Below, one piece after another: positions 50,961-64,000 of a DNA stretch of 64,000 nt. Numbering within the stretch: position 1 is the first letter of the stretch; the number at the start of each line of letters is the position of its first letter. This DNA is from the human T2T-CHM13v2.0 reference genome, Homo sapiens: NCBI RefSeq assembly GCF_009914755.1, contig NC_060947.1; one strand, given 5' to 3'. The notes beneath the pieces were generated by a model that saw only the letters and a program-made list of their open reading frames with translations, searched no databases and had not been told where the DNA came from. A program made the translations under genes and the position numbers.

Positions 50961-52289
50961 ACTTTTAATGTAACATGTAATGTACATCTAATTTTTAATT
51001 TTATAGAAAAATTTAGACTTTATATGTCAAAAACAAAAATTAACTTAATCCACTGTTCCAGTGCAATTCAATATTTTGATGTATATTCTTCTGGACTCCT
51101 TTAGTATTAGATAGAAAAATCTTATCAGGCTATTATTATACCATTTCATAATCTGCTATTCCCACTTGAGGACACCTTTCCAGTCATCCTCATAACTGTA
51201 TTGTATGGTCTTGAGTGCTATAGGAATTCATACTATGCCTATGCTCTTAATATTACAATCTGGAATATTTGTCACCTATACAAATAAGAAATTCTACCAC
51301 TGGATATTCTTACAGTGTGTTGTAAAGAAATCTATGTGACACAGTTTGTGAGCATTTTCCTTTGCATTCAAATATTCCAGAATGATTCTTTTGTTTCTTA
51401 GCACCTTTGGGGGCTAGGTAGCAACCTTGTTATCCAGATTGCTCATTTATATGGTGATTGTTTGATATTAGTAATCTAAGCTGAAAATGTCAAAAATCCA
51501 TTTTCATGTTACTGGTCTCTTGGCCTATGATTGACAGCTAAATATTTACTCACCAATTGTATTTGCTGATAATACTTCTGAGTCAGTAAGTGACTGATTA
51601 TGTAGCTTTATTTCTCATCACACCTATGAAAAGGATATCCTTTAAGAAGCTACTTCAAATTTTATATTTTTTCTTTATTTCGTCTTCTATCATGATTTTC
51701 AAAAAAGTAATTGGTGTTATTTTGTGTAGCCATTGTGCTCTAAGATGGGTCTTTTTAATTTTTAGGAATGTCTTTGGTCTTCTCAAGGTCAGACCAATTT
51801 TTAAATATAATTTTTCTGAATATCATGTTTTAGTGTTCTGAGAAAGTAGAAATAATGATCCTGAGGGGCAAAGACTTCTGAAACCCTTTCTGATGGAAAC
51901 TATGGTTCACAATGATTAAAGTCTCCTCCTGGTCTGTGACTTTCTTTGAAAGGCTTAAAAGCACACTGTTCCTCCCCTGAGTGTATTTCTTAAAGAAATT
52001 CTTGCACACCTGCACAGAAAGTATGTACCAGAATGTTCATTTTATCATTATCAGTGATAGCAATAAAATTGTGTCTAAATGTTCCATCAATGGGAAAAGA
52101 GATAAATAAATAAGGTATATTTGGAATGGAATGAACTCCAAATAAGGTATATTTGGAATGGAAGCTATGGAATGAACTCCATAGGTACATCCATCAGCAT
52201 GGGTGAATCTCAAAACTGCAAAGCAAAAATTGCTGAATGATAAATGTGGTGGGATAACATTTATACAGTCTTAAGTCATGCAAAATGTG

Positions 52290-52660
52290 TCTGTTTGGAT
52301 AAGCTAGGTAATGCTGCCTTAACACTCCCAAATCTCAGTTGCTTAATGCCATGATACGTTTAGCACAGATTATCTGGAGGCCTCCGTTCGTGGGTCACTC
52401 AGAGTCTCAGGTTGATATAGGTTTCATCTTATCACGTGTTTCACTGATCACTCAACCAGTGGGAAGCAGATAAAGTGATTTTCATGGTAGCTTTTAAAGC
52501 TTCTGCCTGGAAGTGACGCATTTCATTTTTCCTCGTATTTCATTGTCCAAAGCAAATCACACAGTAACGCTAAACTTTAATAGGACTGGGAAGTTTAATT
52601 TTCCCATGTAATTTGAGGGGAAATCACTCCAAATATTTGTTAAATAATTCAAATAACTAC
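52290..52660 (-). mobile_element. MLT1I/J-like LTR remnant
   Basis: ggataagctaggtaatgctgc...ccaaatctcagttgctta...ttttaaagcttctgcctggaagtgac...ttcattgtccaaagcaaatcac. Confidence 0.7.
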
Positions 52661-53884
52661 GAGACTAAATAACACTCTACACTGCATATATGGGTATACA
52701 CAAATGTAATAAAAGTATATTTACATAAAGTTCAAATTAGCAATACCCCTGTGGAAAAAAGAAAGGAAGAGAATGGAATGGGATGAGAATGCTGGATAAC
52801 TCAGGTTGGGTTTACACCATGGGGAAACAAAAGATCAGGGAGAAGAAGGGAAATATTCTCCTGGTATCTTCTCTGTGAAATCATCTCAAACTGACTATGT
52901 CCCTTGACTAAAGGTCTCTGCAACTCTCAATGTGGCTAATTCTACAAGATACTTCTTTGGATTCCAGGCGCCTTTCTCTCTCCTATGCCTTTGGGCCTAG
53001 GTGTTAATACCTAAGTTGCTACTAGCCCCAAGTTTCTGCACCATCCAGTGTGGTTTTCTTATACCCACATCTTTGTAAATAGTCCCCTTTTCCAAAAACT
53101 CTCCTGGAACGATCCTATACTGAGTGTATCACTGTGTTTCTTATTGGGGACCAGATGGATAAACAAGGGACTTCACTTATATCTATAATAATTTATTTTA
53201 TATGCTGGCTTGTGGGCACATTGGCATTCATTATAATAGTCTCTATGCTTTTCGTAGGTACATAATATTTGAGGATTAAAGAATAAGCTGAAATAACTTG
53301 AAAACATAGTGTAAACATCACAATCCACTCTTCCAAAAAAACCTTTAGAATGCCACTTTTTAAAACGTAGTGGATTGATGGTTACATGGTAATTAAAGTT
53401 CACTTTTGTTCCTGTTACCTTTGTGATTTTTCTAGATTTACAAGTTTTCAACATTGAGCATATCATTACTTTTTTGCATTTAAAATGTTATTTGATAATA
53501 ATGCTGACTAAAACAACTTTGAATTCTTTTAGAAAAGAGATACATAATTTGATCTCATTTTCATAATAAAAATGTGCAATAAGGATTCTATTAAGTGACC
53601 TCTAAGTGGTTTCTGGTTCATCTGTAAAATATACAGTACTCAGCACACATAAAACTCAGGGCTGGTAGCTATCCCTTCTGTATGCCTATGTGACCCTTCT
53701 CCCGCTAATGGAGTTACATATACTTATCAAAAATCAGTTGTATAATTTGAATTCAAGTAATGTGATACCCCCAGTTTTGTTCTTCAAGCCTATAGTAACC
53801 AAAACAGCATGGTACTGATATAAAAATAGATACATATAAATCAATGGAACAGAATAAAGAACTCAGAAATAAGACCACATATTA

Positions 53885-56800
53885 GGAGGGAGCCGGCATG
53901 ACGGATTAGGCACAGCGAGGAGAAACATCTCTCACCAAAGGCCTGAGACATCAGGAAGACTGGCACACTCTGAGCAGATCTTCAGACGGAAGGCATTGAG
54001 AGTGGATGAAGGGAGGATGCAGACAATGGACGAAGAGAGAGGAAGCTGGGAACCCTGTGTGGGGCTGCCAAACACTGGGATGTTTGGCCCCAAGTGCCTC
54101 CTGAGGAAGGGGTGAGTTGAACAGGTGAGGACTGGCCCACTCTTACCACAGACCTCCAGAATCCTAGCAGCAGGAGACCTCATGACTTCCATGGACACTT
54201 GGGCTGACAAGGAGAGCAAACTGGAAAGGTGGCAAGGGCAGGACTCTAGCTTCTACAGAGCCCAGAGGGTTTGGCATGGGAATAGCTGCAGTGGAGCACA
54301 AGGATACCCATCTCCAAAGGCTTGCCAAGCTCCTCTAGGTGGCTTAGGCTTTTGGTGACTGTCATACCTGGACGGAGCATGGTAATCTTGCCTGTGGGAC
54401 AGGGCTAGTCCAGTCTGAGCACCCCCTCATCTGTTGATCTATCCTGGGGCCCCAGCCAAAGGCCACCCTCTTGCAGTACAGCTTCAGATGCCCTACCAAG
54501 GTGCTTCCCAGGGGCCCTCATTATAGCTCCTTCTCTGGCAGACCATGTCTAATCATCAGAGAGCTCCAGGAGCCCGCCTGGAACCTCCCCCAACCGCAGT
54601 CGCTACCTGCTGCTTTGTTGGCAAGAACTTGCTCTTGAGCCCACTCCCCACTAATTCGCCAGCACATGCACGTGGGTGGACCTTGCCTCCCTTCTCATGA
54701 CAGTGCACATGCACAAACACCTCACCACCCCACTACTTCCTGGTGAGTAAGCACACCTGGCTGCCTTACCCACCCTCACTGGCACGCTGCTACCACTGAG
54801 GTGGTAGCCCTCTGTGCTGCCACCACTACTGCTGGCACAAGTGTGTGCAGAGATGATGGAACCACACCCCTGCACCAGCTGGTGTCATGCCCCCACTGTG
54901 TTGCACCTGCTGCTGGTGCAAGATCCTGCACAGACACTGGCAACCCTGCCACCACCCTACCCCTGCTGCTGGCCTACACCTTCCTTCACGTTGGCACTCT
55001 GCTGTGCTGTTGTGGCTGCTGGCATGTGCAAGTGAGCATGTTTACCACTGCCACTGCCACTGCCACTGCCCCTGTGAAGCACTTTGGCTGGCACACCCCA
55101 TGAGTGTTGGGGCCAGTGGTCTGCAAACACCTTGGCCCCTCCAGTGCATCAGGTTCCTAACCTCAAGACATCAGAGATCAAGTCCACGGGTCCAATACCA
55201 GTCCCCAGAGTTATAGCACACAGCCCAGGAGTGCTGAGGTGAGCTTCGGCACCCTGAAATCTTCCAGTATTGGAGCCAGTTGACAGAACCCACCTTATAC
55301 CACAATCATACCACCAAAGGCATAAAAGAAGATAAAAACAACAACAACAAAAAATTCCACACAAAGGACAGCAGCTTCAAGGATTAAAGGAACATCAGTG
55401 CACATAGATGAGAAAGAATGAGCACAAGAACTCTGGCACCTCAAAAAGCCAGAAATGTCTCCTTACATCTAAACAACCACACTAGTTCCCCTGCAATGGT
55501 TCTTAACCAGGCAGACACGGCTGAAATGACAGACCTTGAATTCAGAATGTGGAAAGGAATGAAGATCATTGAGATTCAGGAGAAAGTCAAAACCCAATTG
55601 AAAAAACCTAAGGAATATAGTAAAATGATACAGGAGCTGAAAGAGGAAATGGCCACTAAAAAAAAAAAAAAAACTAATCTGATGGAGCTGAAAAACACAT
55701 TACAATAATTTAATAACATAACTGCAATTATTAACAGCAAATAGACCAAGTGGAGGAAAGAATCTCAGAGCTTGAAGACTGGCTTTAAAACTGAACTCAG
55801 CCTGACAAAAATTTTAAAAAAGAATGAAAAAGAATAAACAAAACCTCCGAAAAATATAGGATTATGTAAGGATACCAAATCTATGACTCATTGGCATCCT
55901 TGAACGAGAAGGAGAGAAAGCAAGCAATTTGGAAAATATATTTGAGGATATTGTCCATGAAAATTTCCCCAACCTCACTAGAGAGGCCAACATGCAAATT
56001 CAGGAAATCCAGAGAACCACTGCAAGATGCTATGCAAGATGGCCATTCTCAAGACACATAGTCATCAGATTGCCCAAGGCTGACACAAGAGAAAAAAATG
56101 GACATAATAGACATCTACAAAACACTCCACCTCAAAACAACAGAATATACATTCTCATGTGCACATGCCACATACTCTAAAATTGACCACACAATTGGCC
56201 ATAAAACAATCCTTAGCAAGTTCCAAAAAGCCAAAATCATACCAACCATACTTTCAGAACACAATGCAATAAAAATAGAAATCAACATTAAGAAGATCTC
56301 TGACAATCATATAACTACATGGACATTAAACAACCTGTTCCTTAATGACCTCTAGATAAACAATGAAATTAAGGCAGAAATCAAGAAATTCTTTGAAGCA
56401 AATGAAAACAAAAATATAACAAACCATAATCTCTGGGACACAACTAAAGCAATGTTAAGAAGAAAGTTTACAGTGTTAAATACCTGCATCGAAAAATTAG
56501 GAAGGTCTCAAATTAACATCCTACTATCACACCTTGAAGAACTAGAAAAATAAAAGTAAACCAACCCCAAAGCTAGCAGAAGAAATCAGAGCTGAACCGA
56601 GTAAAGTTGATACCCAAAAAACCATAGAAAGGATCAACAAATCCAGAGGTTGATTCTTTGAAAGAATGAATAAGATTCGTAGACTGCTAGCTAGATTAAT
56701 AAAGAAAAAAAACAAACAGAGAGGATCCAGATAAACACAATTAGAAATGACAAAGGAGATGTTATTGACAACCCTACAGGAAAAAGAAAAACCCAGAGAC

Positions 56801-59593
56801 TGTTATGAATACCTCTATGCACACAAACTGGAATACCGTCAAGAAATGGATAAATTCCTGGAACCATATAACCTCACAAGATTGAACCAGGAAGAAATAG
56901 AAACCCCGAACAAACCAATAATGAGTTCTGGAATTGAATCAGTAATAAATATCTAACAACCAGAAAAAGTCCAGGTCCAGACAAATGCACAGCTGAATTT
57001 TACCAGATGTATAAAGACGAACTGGTACAATTCCTACTGAAAGTATTCAAATAAATTGAGGAGAAGAGACTCCTCCCTAACTCATTCTATGAGGCCAGCA
57101 TTATCCTAATAGCTAACCCTGGCAGAGACACAACAAAAAAGAAAATTTCAGGCCAATATCCTTGATGAACATAGATGCAAAAATCTTCAACAAAATACTA
57201 GCAAACTGAATCCAGCATCACATCACAAAGGCAATCCACCATAATCGAATAGGTTTTATCCCTTGGATGCAGGGTTGGTTCAACATATGCAAATCAATAA
57301 ATGTGATTCATCACATAAACAAACAAAAACAAAAAACACATGATCATCTCAGTAGATGCAGAAAAGACTTTTGATAAAATTTAACATCCTTTCATGTTAA
57401 AAACCCTCAGCACAGTAGGTATTGAAGGAACATACCCCCAAATAATAGAGCCATCTATGACTAACCCACAACCAACATCATACTGAATGGGCAAAAGCTG
57501 AAAGCACTCCTCTTGAGAACTGAAACAATACAGGAATGTCCACTTTTACTACTCCTATTCAACATAGTACTGGAAGTCCCAGCCACAGCCATTAGGCAAG
57601 AGAAAGAAATAAAAGGCATCCAAATAGGAATAGAGGAAGTCAAACTATCTCTGTTGGCAGATGATATGATTTTATACCCAGAAAACCTCATATTCTCTGT
57701 CCAAAGGCTCCTAGATCTGATGAACAACTTCAGGAAAGTTTCAGGATACAAAATCACTGTACAAGAATCAGTAGCATTTCTATACACCAACAATGTCCAA
57801 GCTGAGTGTCAAATCAAGAACACTTTCCTAATCACAATAGCCAAACAAAAAATACCTAGGAATAGAGCGAACCAGGGAGGTGAATGATCTCTACAAGGAG
57901 AACTAAAAAACACTGCCGAAAAAACTCATAGATGACAAAAATAAATGCAAAAACATTCTGTGTCCATGGATAGGAAAAATCAGTATTGTTAAAATAACCA
58001 TACTGCCCTAAGTGATTTACACATTCAATTCTATTCCTATCAAACTACCAATGACATTCTTCACAGAATTAGAAAAACCTATTTTAAAATTCATATGAAA
58101 CAAAAAATGAGCCTGAATAGTGAAAGCAATTCTAAGCAAAAGACCAAAGCTAAAGGCATCACATTACTGAACTTCAAACTATACTACAAGGCTACAGTTA
58201 CCAACACAGCATGATAATGGCACAAAAACAGACACATAGATCAATGTAACAGAATAGAAAACCCAGAAATATAGACTCACACCTAGAGCCATCTGGTCTT
58301 TTTTGACAAAGTCAACAAAAACAAGCAATGGGGAAAGGACACCCTATTCAATTAATGGTGCTGGGATAACTGGTTAGCCATCTGCAGAAGATTGAAACTG
58401 GATCCTTTCTTTACACCATATACAAAAATCAACTTGAGATGAATTAATGGCAAAATGTGAAACCAAAAACTATAAAAAACCTTGAAGAAGACCTAGGAAA
58501 TGCCATTCTGGACATAAGCCCTGGGAAAGATTTCAGGATAAAGATGCCAAAAGCAATTGCAACACAAACAAATATTGACACATGGGACTAATTAAACTAA
58601 AGAGCTTCTGCACAGCACATAAACCATCAACAGTGTAAACAGACAGCGCACAAAATGGGAGAAAATATTTGCAAACTATTCATCTGACAAAGATCTAATA
58701 TCCAGAATTTATAAGAAACTTAAACAAATGACAAGCCAAAAATGAACAACTCCATTAAAAAGTCGGAAAAGCACATGAACACACACTTTTCAAAAGAAGA
58801 CAAACATGTGCCCAACAAGCATTTGAAAAAATGCTGAACATTACTAATCATTAGAAAAAGGCAAATCAAAATTACAATGTGATACAATCACACCAGCCAG
58901 AATGACTATTATTAAAAAGTCAAGAAAATAACAGATACTGGCAAGGTTGCGGAGAAAAGAGAATGCTTATACATTGTTGGTGGGAATATAAATTAGTTCA
59001 GTCACTGTGGAAAGCAGTTTCGAGATTTCTCAAAGAACTTAAAATAGAACTACCATTCAACACAGTAATCCCTTTTTGGGGTATATATCCAAAGTAAAAG
59101 TGAATAATTTTACCATAAATACACATAAACATATATGTTCATTGCAGAACTATTCACAATAGTAAGGACATGGAATTATCCTAAATGTCCATCAACGGCA
59201 GGCTGGATAGAAAATGTGGTATATATATACCACGGAATACTATGCAGCCATAAAAAAGAATGAGATTATATCTTTTGCAGCAACATGGGTAGATCTGGAG
59301 GCTATTATCCTGATCAAACTAATGCAGGAACAGAAAACTAAATACCACGTGTTTTCACTTATAAGTGGGAGCTAAACTCTGAGTACACATGGACACAGGA
59401 GAAAAAACAATAGACACTGGGGCCTACTTGAGGGTGGAGGCTTAGAGGAGGGTGAGGAGTGAAAAACTACCTATTGGGTACTAGGCTTAGTACCTAGGTG
59501 ACAAAATAATCTGTACACCAAATCCTCATGACATGCAATTTACCTATATAAAAAACTTGCACATGTACCCCGAAACTAAAATGCAAGTTAAGA
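53885..59593 (+). mobile_element. Near full-length L1PB-like element with an internal ORF1-to-endonuclease deletion at ~56095
   Basis: 5'UTR, ORF1 peptides (55418-56180), RT motif [11 protein letters not shown] (57513-57887), 3'UTR. Degenerate TSD ...ccacatatt at ~53866-53883 and ~59594-59611. Confidence 0.92.
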
Positions 59594-61351
59594 AAAATGA
59601 AGCCACATATTTGCAGCCAACTGGTCTTTGACAAAATTGACAAGAATATAAAAGGACACCCTCTACAATCAATGTTGCTGAGAAAATAAGATCGCCATAT
59701 GCAAAAGAATGAAACTGGACCCCCCTCTCTCTCCATATATAAAAATTAACTCAAGATGGATTAAAATGTAAGACCTGAGACTATACAAATACTAAAAGAA
59801 AACCTAGGAAAAACTCTTTTAGACATCAGTCTAGGCAAATAATTCCTGATGAAGACCTCAAAAGCACAGGCAACAAAACTAAAAATAGACAAGTGGGTCT
59901 CAACCTAAACAGCTTCTCACAGCAAAAGAAATTATCAACAGAGTGAACAGGCAACCTACAGAAAGAGAGAGCATATTTTCAAACTAAGCATCTGACAGAG
60001 GACAAATACCCAGGATTTACAAAAAACTCATACAACTCAACAAAACAAAAAAATAAATAATCCCATTAAAAATTGGGCACAGGACCTGAGTAGAGATATT
60101 TGAAAAGAAGACATACAAATGGTCAACAGGTATATGAAAAAATCACTTCATATAATCGCTTCACATCACTAATCATCAGAGAAACACAAATTAAAACCAT
60201 AATGGGATATCATCTTACACCCATCAGAATTTCTATTATTATTATTATTATTATTTTTAATTTTGACTTTATAGATTCAGGGATTACATGTGTAGGTTTG
60301 TTATACCGATAGATCATTTGATGCGGAATTTGGAGTAGAATTGACTCTGTCACCCAGGCATTGATCATAGTACCCAGCAGGTAGTTTTTCTGCCTTTCCT
60401 CCTGACCCCCTTCCCCCTCTAGTAGTCCACACTGTCTATTGTTCTCATTTTTGTGTCCATGTGTATCCATGTGTACTCCCACTTATACGTGAAAAAATGC
60501 AGTATTTGGTCTTCTGTTCTTGCATTAATTCGCTTAGGATAATAGCCTCTAGCAGCAGCCATGTTGCTGTAATGAACATAATTTCATTCTTTTTTACAGC
60601 TGTGTAGTATTCCACAGTGTATGTGTACGACATTTCCTTATCTGATCCACTGTCAATGGGCATTTAGGTTGATTTTATGTCTTTGCTATTGTGAATAGTA
60701 TTGCAGTGAACTTATAAATACATGTGTCTTTTTGGTAGAATGACTTATTTTCCTTTGGGTATATACCCAAAAGTGAGATTACTGGATCAAATGGTAGTTC
60801 TGTTTTAAGTTCTTTGAGAAATCTTTACACTGCTTTCCATAGTGGTTGAGCTAATTTACATTCCCACCAACAGCATATAAGCATTCGTTTTTCTCTACGA
60901 CCTTGCCAACATCTGCTATTTTTGGAGTTTTTAATAGCCATTCTGACTGGTTTGAGGTAGTAGCTCATTGTGGTTTGAATTTGCATCTCTCTGATGATTA
61001 CTGCTGTTGAACATTTTTTCATATGTTTGTTGGCCACTTGTATGTCTTCTTTTGAGAAGTGTCTGTTCATGTCCTTTGCCCACTTTTTAATGGGGTTGTT
61101 TGTTTTTTGTTTGCTAATTTTTCTAAGTTTCTTACAGATTTCAGATATTAGACCTTCATTGGATAGATAGTTTGTTAACATTTTCTCCTATTCTCTAGGT
61201 TGTGGGTTTGCTTTGTTGATAGCTTCTTTTGCTGTGCAGAAGATATTTGGTTTAATTAGGTCCCAGTTGTTAATTTTTGTTTTGGTTTCAATTGCTTTTG
61301 AGGCCTTATCATAAATTCTTTGCTGAGGCTGACGTCCAGAATGGTATTTCT

Positions 61352-61652
61352 TTTTGTTTGTTTGTTTTTTGGGACAGAGTCTCACTCTGTCACCCAGACT
61401 GGAGTACAGTGGTGCAATCTCGACTCACTACGACCTCCGCCTCCTGAGTTCAAGTGATTCTTGTGCCTCAGCCTCCTGAGTAGCTGGGATTACAGGAATG
61501 TGCCACCATGCTTGGCTAATTTTTGTATTTTTAGTAGAGACACGGTTTTGCCATGTTGGCCAGGCTGGTCTTGAACTCCTGGCCTCAAGTGATCCTCCTG
61601 GCTCAGCCTCCCAAAGTTCTGGGATTACAGGTGTGAGTCACTGCACCCAGCC
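61352..61652 (-). mobile_element. Alu (Jb/Sz-like) inside the L1
   Basis: TSD cag(a/t)atggtatttct at 61337-61351 and 61653-61667. Confidence 0.94.
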
Positions 61653-61671
61653 CAGTATGGTATTTCTTAGA

Positions 61672-62101
61672 TGTATTAGTCCATTCTTACATTGCCATAA
61701 AGGAATACCTGACACTGGGTAATTTATACAGAAAAAAGGTTTAATTGGCTCACAGTTCTGCAGGCTGTACAGGAAGCATGATGCTGACATTCACTGAGCT
61801 TCTGGGGAGACCTCAGTAAGCTTATAATCATGGCATAAGGTGACCGCGTAGCAGGCATGCCTTACATAGCAGGACCAGGAGCAAGAGAGAGAGTGAGTGG
61901 GGAGGTGCTACACACTTTTAAACAACCAGATCTCACAAGAAATCACTCACTAACACGAGGACAGTGCCAAGGGGATGGTGCTGAACCATTCATGAGAAAC
62001 ATTTCCATGATCCAATCACCTCCCACCAAGCCCCGCCTCCAACATGGGAGATGACAATTCGACATGAGATTTGGGCAGGAACACATATCCAAACCATATC
62101 A
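61672..62101 (-). mobile_element. MSTA solo LTR inside the L1
   Basis: tgtattagtccattctt...gcaggctgtacaggaagcatg...ccaaaccatatca termini. Confidence 0.92.
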
Positions 62102-63409
62102 CTAGGTTTTCTTCTAGGATTTTTACAGTTTGTGGTCTTACATTTAAATCTTTTACCTATCTTGAGTTAAATTTTGTATATGATGAAAAGTAGGAGGTTG
62201 GGTTTCATTCTTCTTCATATGGCTAGAGAATGGGTATTAAAAAGTGAAAACAATAACTGATGTTGGTGAGGGTGCAGAGAAGGAACTCTGATGCACTGTT
62301 TGTGATAATATAAAGTAATATAACCTCTGTGGAAAACAGTATGAAGATTTCTCAAAGAACTAAAGGTAGAACTACCATTCAGTCCAACAATCCCACTACT
62401 AGGCATCTGCCCAAAACAAAACAAATCATTATATAAAAAAGATATCTGTGCCTGTACGTTTATCACAGTACTATTTACTATTGCAAAGATGTGGAATCAA
62501 TCTAAGTGTCCATCAATTGATGACAAGATAAAGAAAACGTGAAATATATATATGTGTGTATGTATATATATATATATATATATAATTGAATACTATTCAG
62601 CCATAAAAAGAATAAAATCATGCCATTCGCAACAACATAGATGAAACAGAGGCCATTATATCAAGTGAAACAAGTCAGACATGGAAAAATAAATACTGCA
62701 TGTTCTCACTTATAAGTGGAAGGTAAATACTGTGTACCCAAGGATGTAGAGTGTGAAATGATAGACAACGGAGACTTGGAAGAGTGTGGGAGTTGGGGGG
62801 GGGGGGGAGATGATGATAAATGACTTGATGTGTACAATGTATATTATTCTGATGATAGACACCCTAACAGTCCTGACTTCACCACTACACAATCTATGCA
62901 TGTAGCAAAATTACACTTGTAACCCATAAATTTATACAAAAAAGAGAATAATTTATATCTTTACACAAACCTTTTAACAGGCTAGTTTAAGTTTGACATT
63001 ATAGTTACTTATTTAATTAAATATTATGGAAACCAGTGAGATATAGCTGTAAAAACAGAGGTTCTTTTTCTTGTAGAGAAGCTCAGTTAAAAAGCTGTAG
63101 AAAGACACAAAGTAAACATCTTTTAAAAATTCTGTATTAGTTATATAGAGAGGAAAATAAAATGTTAGAAAAAGCAATTACAAAAAAAATCAAGGTTTTT
63201 CTCAGATTGTTCTGCGTCTTTAAAATTTATTGTTCCCATTCAAGTAAACGTAATCAGAATTTATAGTGTATTTGCTATGAGTGAGCATTTCATAAGAAAG
63301 ACTAACAGAGATCCAATCATTGGATGTATCTCCAAGAGAAGATCTTGGTTTCACATCATAAGACTGGCAAAGAATTGTCCTCTTTGATGTTTTATGTTAA
63401 GAATATGGG

Positions 63410-64000
63410 GAAAATACAACATTCTAATAAAAAATTTAAAGAAGACCTAAATAAATGGAGATATGCATATGCATGGATAGGAAGACTCAATATTGTCAAG
63501 ATGTTAGTTATTCCTAACTTGATATATAGATTCAATACCATCCCAATCAAAATCCTGGGAAGTTATTTTGTGGATATTGACAAACTTATTCTAAAATGTA
63601 TATGGAAAGGCAAAAGACAAGAATAGATAACACAGTATTGAAGAACAAAGTTGGAGAACTGATACTACAAAACTTTACTTACTACAAAGCCACAGTAATT
63701 AAGAGTGTGCAATTGATGTTAGAACAGAAAATTGATAAATGAAACAGAATAGAGAGCCCAGAAATAGACCCACATAAATACACTCAACTGATATTTGACA
63801 AAGAAGCAAAGGCATACAATGGAGAAAAGACAGTCTTTTCAACAAATGTTGTAGGAATAACTGGACATCCACATGCAAAAAAATGAACCTAGGTCCAAAA
63901 CTTACACCCTTCACAAAAATTAACTAGAAATGGATCACAGACCTGAAAGTAAAATGCAAAACTATTAGACTCTTAGAAAATAACATAGGAGAAAATGTAG
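63410..64000 (+). mobile_element. Old L1M ORF2 fragment running off the window
   Basis: KEDLNKWR...WIGRLNIVKM...LIYRFNTIPIKI...DKLILKCIWKGK. Confidence 0.9.

Larger units (their letters stand above)
60241..62226 (-). mobile_element. 5'-truncated L1 (L1PB/L1MA1-3-like) inserted antisense into the L1MA
   Basis: ORF2 C-terminus on minus ([30 protein letters not shown]); (ATT)n-derived tail at ~60235-60260; degenerate TSD agaat...tatta. Confidence 0.9.
53740..62945 (+). mobile_element. L1MA-type 3' portion with a short 5' inversion, fragmented by nested insertions (pieces 53740-53883, 59594-60240, 62227-62945)
   Basis: ORF2 sequence is collinear across both insertions; the 3'UTR ends in an A-rich tail at ~62940. 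Confidence 0.82.

Noticed and set aside
53885-59593. Potentially active L1
   Set aside because: Internal deletion and many stops and frameshifts in both ORFs.

Overview
Primate (most likely human) AT-rich, repeat-dense genomic DNA. I see no intact protein-coding gene, RNA gene, CpG island or CRISPR array. Much of the window is interspersed repeats. These include old L1 copies (minus strand at about 1-30 kb, mostly plus strand after about 47.8 kb), about 15 Alus, and MaLR/ERVL LTRs. There is also a two-LTR, internally deleted class I ERV with a tRNA-Gly primer-binding site (6607-11159), and a Ricksha (MULE/MuDR) DNA transposon nested in an MLT2 LTR and itself hit by three Alus. Almost all ORFs in the supplied track are repeat-derived or chance. 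The most intriguing non-repeat signal is a series of AG...GT-bounded, phase-compatible, mostly open exon-like segments on the + strand between about 16.9 and 47 kb, with few stops, each one C>T change from a sense codon. These may be the vestige of a disabled multi-exon gene (unitary pseudogene or lncRNA). I could not identify the protein, so this is a hypothesis only. Repeat subfamily names are from recognition by eye and need RepeatMasker/Dfam confirmation.
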